DNA of 64,000 nucleotides from Mytilus californianus (taxonomy: Eukaryota). The stretch is taken from contig NW_026262593.1 in the NCBI RefSeq assembly GCF_021869535.1, positions 44,206,001 through 44,270,000 on the forward strand, written 5' to 3'. Each line of letters opens with the position of its first letter. Position 1 is the stretch's first letter. The translations under genes were made by a program, and so were the position numbers. Below are positions 22,795-34,570 of this stretch, piece after piece. The notes below the pieces were generated by a model. The model saw only the letters and a list, made by a program, of their open reading frames with translations. It ran no database searches and was not told the DNA's origin.

Positions 22795-24944
22795 AGTTCA
22801 CATGTTAAAGTTGTGATTAGGTAAGTTTAATGGGAACCACTTATGATAAGCCAATGATACTTGGAACGCAGTTGTAATAGCATTGGCATATTTTATTTCC
22901 TCGGAAATTATTTGACCCTGTACCTTCAGTCATGGTTCAGTGACTTTGAATATTTTGCATATTTTACATTTCAAAGTATTGTTATTTTTATTTCAATGTT
23001 TGTACTTTACTATCAAAATGACACACAGGCGAAACATATCTCCATCTGGGTCAACAGTTTATCAGTGTTTTATCGTATGAAAAGAGGTATAATCAGACAA
23101 GTTCCGAGAAAACCCGCATAAACTAAGACATCAAACCATAAGTCCCTGATGTTGTCGTTCTTCATGTCCAACAAACAAACAGAAGATGGTAAATGACTCA
23201 CATCAAACAAAAATTGAAATAAAGTTTGAAGTAAAAAATGATGACACAAGAGATATAGATAGGACATCTGAATCAAGTGTTAGACACTTTTCCTGAATGA
23301 TATATACTGATTTAGTGTATTAATCAAAATAGCTATAACTTTTGCCTGTTTGAAATACAGAATTGCTCAAATGTTGTTAACAAAAATCGATGCCCCCATC
23401 TGAAGTATTGAAAAATTGGAAACCCCCTTTCCATTCCCAAAAATTGTCATGCCCCATTAATTTCCTTCCGGCCCCTCCCCTTTTCAGGTTACAAATGACC
23501 GGTCTCTTAGCCCCAGCCTATCATTGTGGAAATTTCCCAATGAACGGCTTAAATATATATAAAACTGGTATGTTGCTTGTCATATGGGGTCCATTGTATT
23601 CAGTACTGATTTTCCACGAAATGACTGATCTTGACTGACATGTGGAATACTCTGTTATATTCTGTATAGTCTTGTCAGAATTTCCTAATGGACATTCTCC
23701 AAAATAGTCAAGCGTAGCAATCATACTCCATTGAACCCGGTAAGGAATTAAATCAGCATTACTTTTTGCTGGCATACCTATGTTCCCCGACTTATGCATA
23801 CCTATTGGTCACAAGATCCGCTTACTTTTTTTCAAGTTGAGGGTTTAGTTGTATAAACCGTATTTGGCTTGTGCTTATATAATAAGTACATACATTGTTT
23901 TTTTTTCTGTGATCATATGAAGAGATAATAATAAATGAAAGATATTATGCACTAGACTCCGTCAGAATGAACAATTTATCATAAGAAGTGGCGACAGAGC
24001 CTCTTCACATCATTTTCCCCGTCGTGTCATCCTAAATTCCGACGGAAGTTGTGGTTATAATCAAAGTCATGGTCACAAAGATCTGCATACATCAATGCCT
24101 TGGTGGTTAAATGATTGTGTGACAAAAAGTTGTACATCCATGTCTTATTAAGACAAGACGATTCACTGAGTCTCAATATTTTCCTATGTAATTTTTGGTC
24201 CCAGACTGCGAGGCTAGTTTTGATCAAATCGAAAGTTGTATTAAATGTGTCCATATTTATGTACCACATTTTTCGTGTTTTATACGAACATTGAGTAATT
24301 TCCAGGCATATCTTCCTCTGATAAACAGAAACATCGGTTGTTTTAAATTGAAAATAACTTAGCATAGGGGCGAAAGATACCAAAGGGACATTCAAACTCA
24401 TATAAGTCAACTACAAACTGACAAGCCCGACAACGCAATGGCAAAAATAAAACAAACGAAAAACGACGAAAAGACAAACAACAGTCATTTTGATTGGATA
24501 ACGTCACCAATTTTCATGGCATCAATTCACAATTTTTCTCCAAAAGGAATGTATGAACGAAATACAAATTATTAGACTTGAAACAATTCTAAGGTATGGA
24601 TTAACTTGTTTGTATTGAGTATAAAATGTCAGCAAATCCTCATTACAATAACAATCACCATATTCATGTTGGCTTCTGTATGGAATCGAATTGTTATTCT
24701 GAAAAGAACAATGACCTTTTCCTATTATTATACTAGCCTATGTTGACCGACTATCCCATTTATGAATTTGTCATTTTATGTTTTTCAAACTATCACATTA
24801 CCGCAATCTTTTTTTTGCTGAGAAAAATGAAACGTTTGATGCATACTCTTTCGATTCTTCGGGGAATATTTACTACTATTTGGGTTTTTTTCCAAGGCTT
24901 ATTTTTTGGTAAATTGATTCATCTACTATGCGTTGGCACATTTT

Positions 24945-26335
24945 CGCTAGTTAATTCTATTGTTTGCTAGTTTGATTCGTCATATCGGTTGCTAGCTGGA
25001 TTCTTCTAATTGTTTACTAGCTTGATTCTTCTTATTGTTAGCTAGCTTGGTTTTTCCTATTGTTTCCTGGTTCGATTTTTCTTGTTGTTTGCTAGCTCGA
25101 TTATTCAAAATGTTTACTAGCTTGATTCTTTCTATTGTTTGCTAGCTCAATTTACTTATTGTTTGCTAGCTTGATTTTTCTTATTGTTTGCTCGCTAGAT
25201 TGAGTCTTTCTATTGTTTGATAGTTTGAGTGTTCCTATTGATTGCTATCTTGATTCTTCTATTGTTAGCTGGCTCGACTCTTCCTATTGTTTGCTAGCTT
25301 GGTTCTTCCTATTGATAGCTGGCTTGACTCTTCCTATTGTTTGCTAGCTTGATCCTTCTAATTGTTTGCTAGCTTGACTCTTTCTATTGTTTGCTAGCTT
25401 GACTCTTCCTATTGTTTGATAGCTTGATTCTTCCTATTGTTTCCTAGCTTAATTCTTCCTATTGTTTGCTAGCTTAATTCTTCTTATTGTTTGATAGCTT
25501 GATTCTTCTTATTGTTTGCTAGCTTGATTCTTCCTATTGTTTCCTAGCTTGACTCTTCCTATTGTTTGATAGCTTGATTCTTCCTATTGTTTGCTAGCTT
25601 GAGTCTTCCTATTGTTTGATAGCTAGATTCTTCCTATTGTTTGCTAGCTTGATTCTTCCTATTGTTTGCTAGCTTGATTCTTCCTATTGTTTGCTAGCTT
25701 GATTCTTCCTATTGTTTGCTAGTTTTAGTCTTCCTATTGTTTGATAGCTTGATTCTTCCTATTGTTTGCTAGCTTGATTCTTCTAATTATTTGCTAGCTT
25801 GATTCTTCCTATTGTTTGCTAGCTTGATTCTTCCTATTGTTTGCTAGCTTGATTCTTCTAATTGTTTGCTAGCTTAATTCTTCTAATTGTTTCCTAGCGT
25901 GATTCTTCTTATTGTTTGCTAGCTTGATTCTTCCTATTGTTTGCTAGTTTTAGTCTTCCTATTGTTTTCTTGCTTCAATCTCCCTATTGTTTGCTAGTTT
26001 GAATCTTCTTATTGTTAAAAAATGATAGCTTGATTCCTACTATTATTTGTTAGTTTGGTTCGTCTTATTGTTTGCTGGCTTGATTTTTCCTATTGTTTGC
26101 TAGTTCGATATTTCTCGTTGTTTGTAAGCTTGATTATTCTTAATGTTTGCTAGCTTGATATTTTGTATTGTTTGCTAGCTTGATATTTTGTATTGTTTGC
26201 TAGCTTGATATTTTGTATTGTTTGCTAGCTTGATATTTTCTATTTTTTGTCAGCTTGATTTTTCCTATTGTTTGCTTGTTCGATTTTTATTATTTTTGCT
26301 ACCTTGATTCTTCGTATTGTTTGCTAGTTGGAGTC
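24945..26335. repeat. 25-bp minisatellite (~55 copies)
   Basis: Consensus ATTGTTTGCTAGCTTGATTCTTCCT. Most homogeneous at ~25270-25950, degenerate at both edges, with a 26-bp variant block at ~26140-26240. Confidence 0.95.
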
Positions 26336-26630
26336 TGTTAAATGAACGTTTAAAGGACAATTTTTGTATCTGTATTACAAAAGCTAACAATAGTCGCTCG
26401 AACTAAATAATGCTGTTATTGTTTCCACTGCTAAGCATTTTAATTTTAGTTTTAAATATGCTGTGAATTTTTATTTTGTAACTCCTTAAGATCATAAAGA
26501 TACCTCAAATCCATTAAACTTGAAGTTAATGATTTTATACATGCATGTAGTATTTATCATCCCATTCATGGATGTGACTGTGATAGTTAGTCATATTTGT
26601 CCTCAGGTACAACGGATGACAAAGGATTGA

Positions 26631-26647
26631 ATGGATGCACCAACAAG
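26631..26647 (+). CDS. Putative upstream coding mini-exon of the TRIM-like gene (exon 26607-26647)
   Basis: cctcAG|26607...26647|GTaaat. ATG GAT GCA CCA ACA AG splices in frame to the exon starting at 27141, giving MDAPTRSLIEMDK. The splice sites are also kept in copy 2 (32407-32447). Confidence 0.5.
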
Positions 26648-27153
26648 GTAAATATTCGTTTTATGAATTTTCTCCCACAGTATAAAGATCAGAATAAATT
26701 CATTCATGTAATTTCGATGTGAGATGAGTAGATTTTAATAAGGATTTTGTCTATTTGTTTAAATATTCAAAATTGTCCAATCCCCCAGTTTAATTTAAGC
26801 ATGGATTTTCTAGTGACAGGACAACATGCAGTGACTCTACATTCATAAATGCCTGGTTGGTCTAATGAGACGTTAAATGTCTTATGTATAATCACCATTT
26901 ACATTCCTTTATTCTTATGAACCCTCAATAGTTTGTCAAGTGTCCAGAGCGACTCGTATCCTTCATATGTATGAAATGCATTTTGAAAGGCGTCATTTTT
27001 AAACGTGACCCATATGATTTAGTATAACAGATTTTTTTATAATTAGATTTAAGAATGCTCAACTTGTTTGTCTCTTATACTAGTAGTATCCAATTTGTAG
27101 CCCTATCAGTTTATTTTTTTTCCTTTTTTTTTTATAACAGATCACTTATTGAA

Positions 27154-28866
27154 ATGGATAAAGAAAACAAAATTTCAAATTTTTCATCAGACATCAGATG
27201 TAGTCCATGTTTATTTGAAGGGAAAACAAACCATGCAATCAAGTGGTGTAAAGAATGTCAAGAAGGTCTCTGTAAGGATTGTTTAGATAATCATAGAGCA
27301 CTTGTTTCCGCAAAGAAACATAAAGTGATTCCAATCCAAGAGTACGTTTTAACCTTAACCCATATATCACCATCAGAGGTAAATACGAACTGTGCCGACC
27401 ATGGACGGAAGTTAGAATTGTTTTGTCCAGCTCACGATGAACCGGTTTGTACTATATGCATTCCTGAAAAACATCGGCATTGCGAGAATTTCATTCCTAT
27501 CAAGGAAATAGCAGAACACTGGAAGCGTTCAGAAGCTTTCCAGGACATTAAGAACAGCTTGTCAGACACAAAGCATAACATTGACAATATAATAAGTACC
27601 TGTTTGGAAAATAAAACCTCTTTGACTTTGGGCAAGGCTTCAAAACAACAAGACATGAAAGCCTTGCGTCGTAGGGTTAATGAATATCTAGATGGACTAG
27701 AGATTAAAATGCTACAGAACATGGAAGAAAGATACAAAGATTGTATTAAGGAAATAAATAGTTCACTTACAGATATAGAACACTACAAAACAGATATTTT
27801 AAAACTTAACAGTGAAATCGATCGTATGAAAAATTTAACATCAAAGGAAAAATGTTTTCTCGGAACACGGAACATTGAAAAAAAGATTATAAAATTAAAG
27901 AGAAATTTAGAAAATCGGATGGATGACATGAGAAAATTTGAAATATCATTGTCATTTGACCCTATTTTTGCATCATTAAGAACAATGACTGCATCGTTGG
28001 GGACAGTGCAATTTGAAAAACTCCCGATGTCGGTGGAAATGCGAGATTGTAAGCATCGACAGGCCCAAATTCCAATTCCAAGACCACATTCGACGCAGGC
28101 AAACACTATTTTATCCCAAAAACAAAAAATAGAAGTTCTACCAAATATGCAAAATCATCTTGTAACAGGTTGTTTAATACTTCCAAATGATTTATACTTG
28201 TTTGTCCATCGGAATGGAAACTACCTCGTTATACAAGATAAAACTGGAAACGTAAATAGTACAGTTAGTATTTCTGGTAGTCCGTATGATGTAGCTATAC
28301 TTGAGGATAAACACATGGTCATTTCATATGGATCTTTAGCTTATATTGAGGTTGTTGATCTTTCTAATGACCAGCTGACAAAACGAATGCCTGTTAATGG
28401 ACATTGTTCTGGTATCTGTTGTTTTCGCGGAATTATTTATGTTGCTGTACGACAAAAAGGTATATGTACTTTATCTATGGGTAAAAATGTCAACATTCTG
28501 ATCAGATGCATCACCTTTGATGTTGGGTATGTGGCTGCTTCAAGCGAAAAACTGGTATATACCGACAGTAAACATAGATCAGTCCATTGTCATGATCTTC
28601 TTGGAGTAGAGTTATGGAATATAATGCTTAATGACATGCAATGTCCTCGTGGTGTTCAAATTGATATAAGGGGTAACATATTGTTCTGTGACAGTAAATC
28701 AAATAATGTAACACGTGTGCTCTCGGACGGAACAAAAAGACAAATTCTACTCGAAACATCTTCTGACTTAAAAGAACCATTCGGATTACACCTTGACGAA
28801 AGCAGAACACATCTTTTAATTTGCAACTTGTCTGACGGGCGTGCATTTTCGTTTAATGTGAAGTGA
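27154..28866 (+). CDS. RING-less TRIM-like protein: B-box1 + B-box2 + coiled coil + NHL/6-bladed beta-propeller (570 aa from ATG 27154)
   Basis: CSPC-x12-CKECQEGLCKDCLDNH-x8-H (B-box1), CADH...CPAHDEPVCTICIPEKH (B-box2), heptad-rich region ~aa 120-270, C-terminal repeats such as PYDVAILED, PRGVQIDIRGNILFCD and PFGLHLD. The ORF-track start at 27055 lies upstream of a polypyrimidine acceptor (AG 27139-27140) and is probably intronic. AATAAA at 29557-29562. Confidence 0.92.
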   Translation: MDKENKISNFSSDIRCSPCLFEGKTNHAIKWCKECQEGLCKDCLDNHRALVSAKKHKVIPIQEYVLTLTHISPSEVNTNCADHGRKLELFCPAHDEPVCTICIPEKHRHCENFIPIKEIAEHWKRSEAFQDIKNSLSDTKHNIDNIISTCLENKTSLTLGKASKQQDMKALRRRVNEYLDGLEIKMLQNMEERYKDCIKEINSSLTDIEHYKTDILKLNSEIDRMKNLTSKEKCFLGTRNIEKKIIKLKRNLENRMDDMRKFEISLSFDPIFASLRTMTASLGTVQFEKLPMSVEMRDCKHRQAQIPIPRPHSTQANTILSQKQKIEVLPNMQNHLVTGCLILPNDLYLFVHRNGNYLVIQDKTGNVNSTVSISGSPYDVAILEDKHMVISYGSLAYIEVVDLSNDQLTKRMPVNGHCSGICCFRGIIYVAVRQKGICTLSMGKNVNILIRCITFDVGYVAASSEKLVYTDSKHRSVHCHDLLGVELWNIMLNDMQCPRGVQIDIRGNILFCDSKSNNVTRVLSDGTKRQILLETSSDLKEPFGLHLDESRTHLLICNLSDGRAFSFNVK

Positions 28867-30589
28867 AATACTCTGTTTAACTCATCATAAGTCATATTTT
28901 TGGTTTAGATTTGTGCCATGAAATTAAAAGTTGGGTACGAAATGCATCAAACACATTTTTATTAGATTTCCAAAATGAAGACAACCCACTGAAGTCTTAA
29001 TTCTTAAAAATAATGAAGTAGATCCCGACATTTGCTGTACATGTAAAGGCTCATCAAATATCTGTTTTTTAGCCTTGGTAGTTTTATGTCTCATTGACGT
29101 TTTGTATTCTACATGCAAGTTGCATACTACACATGTTATGAAATTAAAAGTAAAATCGAAATGCATCAAACACATTTTTATTAGACTTCCAAAATGAAGA
29201 CAATTCTCTAATGTCTTAATTGTTGTCTATTCAAGAACATTGTTTGTTGCATTAGCCATTGGTCGTCTATTCAATGTTGAATTGATTCTACACTTGAAAA
29301 ACAAAATGCAGGATGAAGTAGATCCCGTCCGAAAGTCTTTAAATGTTTTTTTTTTAGTCTTGGTAGTTTTCTGTCTCATTGACGTTGACCCCGACCAAAC
29401 TCCATTTACATTGTATTCTCGATGATTAAGTTGCATACTACACATGTATACATTTGGTTTGTTAACAACATTCAGTACCGGTAGCATATTTCCTGAACTC
29501 ACTGGTTATGGACGTTTTGTCACTGACTAACATCATTCGCCAAGAAGTAAGTTCACAATAAATTAATTTATATCTAGAATTACAGTCCTCTATTAACGAT
29601 ATTTTAAGACTCTGTTCCACAAATCAGATCTTGAAAATATTAAGTATTTAAAGTCTACGGCAATCTGATCTGATTGTCTGACTTAAAACGCATTAGAGTT
29701 ATCGCACTTATGTCGTTTTTTTTCTAATTTATGGCGGCTTTTTTTATGCAGTGTCATAAGAAAGTAAATGTAAAACAACAACATTAGCGGTACTAATTTT
29801 ACAACACCAAATGCGCGTTCCTACAAAAATTGTATCTTCCGGCCAATTTATTTGAAATAGCTGAAATTTATATAAACATTGAAGAGATGATTAAACCAAA
29901 AAAGGACCTAAAGTCAAGTAGTAGCTATCAATTTCTAGATTTTTGTCACGATATGAAACAAGCCTAGCTGTATCCAATATTCAATCTTTTTATTTATCCA
30001 AATTCATCTTTGGTTGATATTTTTACAACAGTTTTGCCACATTTCTTCTAATTTTATTGTATTATGAAAAAAAAAAATTCGAATCTGGTTTGTGCTATTC
30101 AAAGTAATTGTACAAATGTTATGACTTTAAAACAAATACATGGATTTTTATTAAGTTTTATCGAAACCATCATTCGTATTTTGGTGTTGTGTTTGCAATA
30201 TATTTTATATTGTGTATAGCGGAGATCGGGAATAGGTTCTCATATCTATATTTTAAGGCATCACTAAATCTTCTTCATCTTTATATTTGTCAGTTCTCTT
30301 TTCAACGGATCGCTGATCGACAACATAACTATATACTATTACTTGGAGATAAAACTTATGCTTCAAAAACATATTACTCAAATATACCAAACGTTTATTA
30401 AATGGGGATTGCCTTACTGTGAAAACATATAAAAAGTTTGTTTGTTCACATTGAATAAGTATTTTATCTTTGAAAGTCCATGTTAAATGTAATGTTGTGC
30501 TCCGTAAAACACTAAATATATGTACAGGAAAATTCAATTAACAGCTAATCGTAAGCAATGATATTTATTTGCGAGATGTATAAATTCGC

Positions 30590-30905
30590 AGTCACGTCTG
30601 GTCAGACTGGGAACGTTTTATCTGATGTCTCGTGTAGAGAGAGTGCCACGCTCTCTGCACGTTAAAGACCCTTGCAACAACTTTTTGAGGGGTCCATAGA
30701 TGGTCTATTGCAGGGCTAAATTCCTGCCCATTTACAAACACACCCGCATTATCCAGTGGTCTTCCAAATTTTCCGCTCTTCATCTTGGTCGACCCATATT
30801 GCAAAAATTCCTATTGTATTAGTTGCTTAAAATTTTTCTTGTCTTGTTCATGCATGCAAAATTTCTCACTGGGCGTTAAACAAACAACAAATAATCAATA
30901 TCAAT
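30590..30905 (+). mobile_element. SINE-like insertion between the duplicated units
   Basis: Contains gtctcgtgtagagagagtgccacgctctctgcacgttaaagaccc (resembles mollusc Meta-SINE central domains, from memory) and a 3' tail aaatttctcactgggcgttaaacaaacaacaaataatcaat. A second degraded tail lies at ~30935-30965. Confidence 0.5.
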
Positions 30906-31589
30906 TGTTATTTTATATTTTTCCTAAGTATGATTGAAATATTTGTCACTGTACGTAAAGCGTCAACAGTAAACCGTGTAGTATCGCTTAATTAAATTAA
31001 CCAAGATATGAGAATAGGGGAATAACATGGATGTTTTAATTAGCGAACAAAAGATGGTGTAATTTCTGTTAAAAGGTGTTTCTTTTTTTACTTTTTTTTT
31101 GGGGGGGGGGGGGGTGGTATTTTCGTTGTTTTTTGCTTGTTTGTTTATTGTTATTTGTTTTGTGTGTTTGGTTTTTTTTTACAAAAGTAAGGTAAGAACG
31201 AAATACAAGTTGTAAGACTTGAAACAATTCTAACGTATGGATTAACTTGTTTGTATTGAGTAAAATGTCAGCAAATCCCCATTACAATAACAATCTCCAT
31301 ATTTATGTTTTCTTCTGTATGGAATCGAATTGTTATTCTAAAAAGAACAACGACCTTTTCGTTTAATTTTACTAGTCTTTGTTGACCGGTTTTCCCATTT
31401 TTGGAGTAAGGGGAGTTTGTTTATTCAAATTATCATTTTGCGAAATTTTTATTTTCTCTCTGAGTAAAATGGAATGTTTGATGTATACTCTTTTGAATCT
31501 TCGGGGAATATATTCTACTATTGGGGCTGTTTTTAAGGTTTTATATTTTGGTAAATTGATTCATCCTACTATTTTGTAACACATTTTCG

Positions 31590-32160
31590 CTAGTTAATTC
31601 TATTGTTTGCTTTTTAGCTGCATTCTTCCAATTGTTTGCTAGCTTGATTTTTCATTTTATTTGCTAGCTTGATTCTTCTTATTGTTTGCTAGCTTGATTC
31701 TTCTTATTGTTTGCTAGCTAGGTTCTTTCTATTTTTTGCTAGCTCGATTCTTCTTATTGGTTTCTGGCTCAATTCGTCCTATTGTTTGCTAGCACGATTC
31801 TTCCTATTGTTTGTAAGCTCGATTCTTCCTATTGTTTTCCAGCTTGATTTTTTGTTGTTGTTTGCTAGCTTGAGTCTTCCTATTGTTTGCTAGCTTGAGT
31901 CTTTCTATTGTTTGCTAGTTTGAGTGTTCATATTGTTTGCTAACTCGATTCTTCCTATTGTTTGCTAACTTGACCTTTCTTTTTGTTTGCTAGTTTGAGT
32001 TTTCTTATTTTTTGCTAGCTCGATTCTTCCTATTGTTTACTAGTATGAATTACCCTATTGTTTGCTATCTTGAATCTTATTATTATAAAACAAATTGCTA
32101 GCTTGATTCTTCTTATTTGTTGCTTGTTTGAATCTACTTACTGTTTGCGGGTTAAGTCTG
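31590..32160. repeat. 25-bp minisatellite (~22 copies), paralogue of 24945-26335
   Basis: Same consensus, more degenerate. Confidence 0.9.
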
Positions 32161-32914
32161 TTAAATGAAAAAAGGACATTATTTGTATCGTTATTATTTA
32201 GTCGTTCGAACTAGATAATGATGTTGTTGTTTCCAACGCTAGGCATTTCAATGTTAGCTTAAAAGATGCTATGCATTTTTATTTTGTAACTCCTTCAGAT
32301 TATAAAAAAATACCCCCAAAGCCTATAAACTTGCAGTAACGATTTTATATATTTATCATCCCATTCATGGATTTGACTGTGTTAAATTAGTCATATTTGT
32401 CCTAAGGTACAACGGGTAACAAAGGATTGAAGGGATGCACCAACAAGGTAAGTATTCGTTTTATGAATTTTCTCGCACAGTATAAAGAGTAAAATAAATG
32501 TATGCATGTAATTTCCATGCGAGATGGGGAGATTTTAATAAGGGTTTTTTCCTATTTTTTTGGCATATTAAAATTACCCAATTTCTCACTTTTATTTAGA
32601 CACTGGTTTTCTCGAGACAGGACAGCATGCAGTGGCTCTACATTTATAAATGTTTGGTTTGGCTAATGATACTTTTAAAGTCTTGTGTATAATCAACCTT
32701 TAACTTCCCTTTATTTCAATGAACCTTCAGTGCTTTTCAAGTGTTCAAAGCGACTCATATCCTACACATGTGAAATGCTATTTGAAACGCGTCATTTTTA
32801 AACGTAACCCCCGTGATTTAAAGTAATAGTATGTTCATCTTGTTTGTCTTTTCCTGTTATGGTATATGATTTGATATTTTTTTGTATTTCTTTTATAACA
32901 GATAACTTATTTAA

Positions 32915-34570
32915 AAGGACGAAGAAAACAACAGATCAAATATTTCATCAGACATCAGATGCAGTCCATATTTATTTGAAGGGAAAACAAACCATGCAAT
33001 CAAGTGATGCAAAGAATGTCAAGAAGGTCTCTGTAAGGAATGTTTAGATAATCATAGGTCACTTGTTTCCATGAAGAAACATAAAGTTATTCCAATACAA
33101 GAGTACGCGTTAACATTAACACATGTATCACCATCAGAGGTAAATACGAACTGTGCTGACCATGGACGAAAGTTAGAATTGTTTTGTCCAGCTCACGATG
33201 AACCGGTTTGTACTATATGCATTCCCGAAAAAACATCGGCATTGCGAGAATTTCATTCCTATCAAGGTAATAGCAGATCACTGAAAGAATTCAGAAGTTT
33301 TCCAAGATGTACAGAACAGGTTGGCTGACACTAAAGATAACATTGAAAATATAATATAAGTAGTTGTTTGGAAAATAAAATATCTTTGTCTTTGTGCAAG
33401 GCTTCGGTGGAAAGGTTAACAAATATCTAAATGAACTAGAGATTAAAATGCTACAGAACATGGAAGAGGGATACAAAGATTGTATAAGGGAAATAGACAG
33501 TTCAATTACAGATATAGAACAGTATAAAATAGATATTTTAAAACTTAACATGGAAATCAATTGTATGAAAAAATTCACATCAAAGGAAATATGTTTTCTA
33601 GGAATATTGAAAATAAGATTATAAAATTACAGAGAAATTTAGAAAACAGGATGAAAGACATGAAGAAATATGAATTATCAGGGTCATTTGACCCTATTTT
33701 TGAGTCATTAAGAACAATGGCAACATCGTTAGGGGCAGTGCAAATTGATTACCTCCAAATGGCGATGGAAATGCGTGATTGTAAGCAACGACAAGCCCAA
33801 ATTCCAATTTTAAGACCACACTCGACGCAAGCAAATACTTTTTTATCCCAAAAGCAAGAAATAGCAGTTCTACCAAATGAGCAAAATCATCCTGTAACAG
33901 GTTGTTTGATACTTCCAAATGATTTATACTTGTTTGTTCATCGGAATGGAAACCATGCAAGATAAAACAGGAAAAGTAAATAGTACAATTAGTATCTTGT
34001 AGTCCGTATGATGTAGCTATACTTGATGATAAACACTTAGTCATTTCATATGGATCTTTAACTTACATTGTGGTTGCTGATCTGACAAAGCGAATGCCTG
34101 TTTATAGACATTGTTCTGGTAACTGTTGTTTTCGCGGAATTATTTATGTTGCTGTACGACAAAAAGGTATATGTACTCTATCTATGGGTAAAAATGTTAA
34201 CATTCTGATCAGATGCATCACCTATGATGTTTGGTATGCGACTGCTTCAAACGAAACAATGGTGTACCGACAGTTATCATAGATCAGTCCATTGTCACGA
34301 GCTTCATGGAGTAGAGTTATGGAATATAATGCTTTATGACATGCAATGTCCTCGTGGTGTTTAAATTGATATAAGGGGTAACATATTGTTCTGTGACAGT
34401 ATATCATATAATGTGACACGTGTTCTCTCGGATGGAACAGAAAGACGAATTCTACTCGAAACATTTTCTGGCTTAAAAGAACCATTCGGATTACACCTTG
34501 TCGAAAGCAGAAAACATCTTTTAATTTGCAACTTGTCTGACGGGCGTGCATTTCGTTTAATGTGAAGTGA
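32915..34570 (+). pseudogene. Pseudogenised copy of the TRIM-like gene
   Basis: ATG>AAG at 32915-32917, CSPC>CSPY, TGG>TGA at 33005-33007, +1 A near 33230, ~25-bp deletion near 33405, further indels. The terminal AATGTGAAGTGA is conserved (stop 34568-34570). Confidence 0.93.

Larger units (their letters stand above)
21259..22970 (-). mobile_element. Old HINE-like host element with ~150-170-bp cores, split by nested insertions
   Basis: Three degenerate cores (gtgattagg...ccacttatg...cagtcatgg) at ~21340, ~21520 and ~22810; hairpin-like end gtctcgccttgacggagtcaaaaagttagac at ~21265-21298. Confidence 0.5.
24555..30566 (+). repeat. Tandem segmental duplication, copy 1 (~6.0 kb, carries the intact TRIM-like gene)
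   Basis: Colinear similarity with 31196-35996 from gaacgaaatacaa to gtaagc(a/g)atg. Confidence 0.92.

Noticed and set aside
27055-27153. N-terminal 33 aa of the 603-aa ORF in the track
   Set aside because: It starts at TTG/near-cognate context and runs through a polypyrimidine tract and AG acceptor (27139-27140); most of it is probably intron read-through.
27432-28895. Minus-strand ORFs overlapping the TRIM-like gene, and their counterparts in 33291-34599
   Set aside because: Antisense shadow frames of the real CDS or pseudogene.
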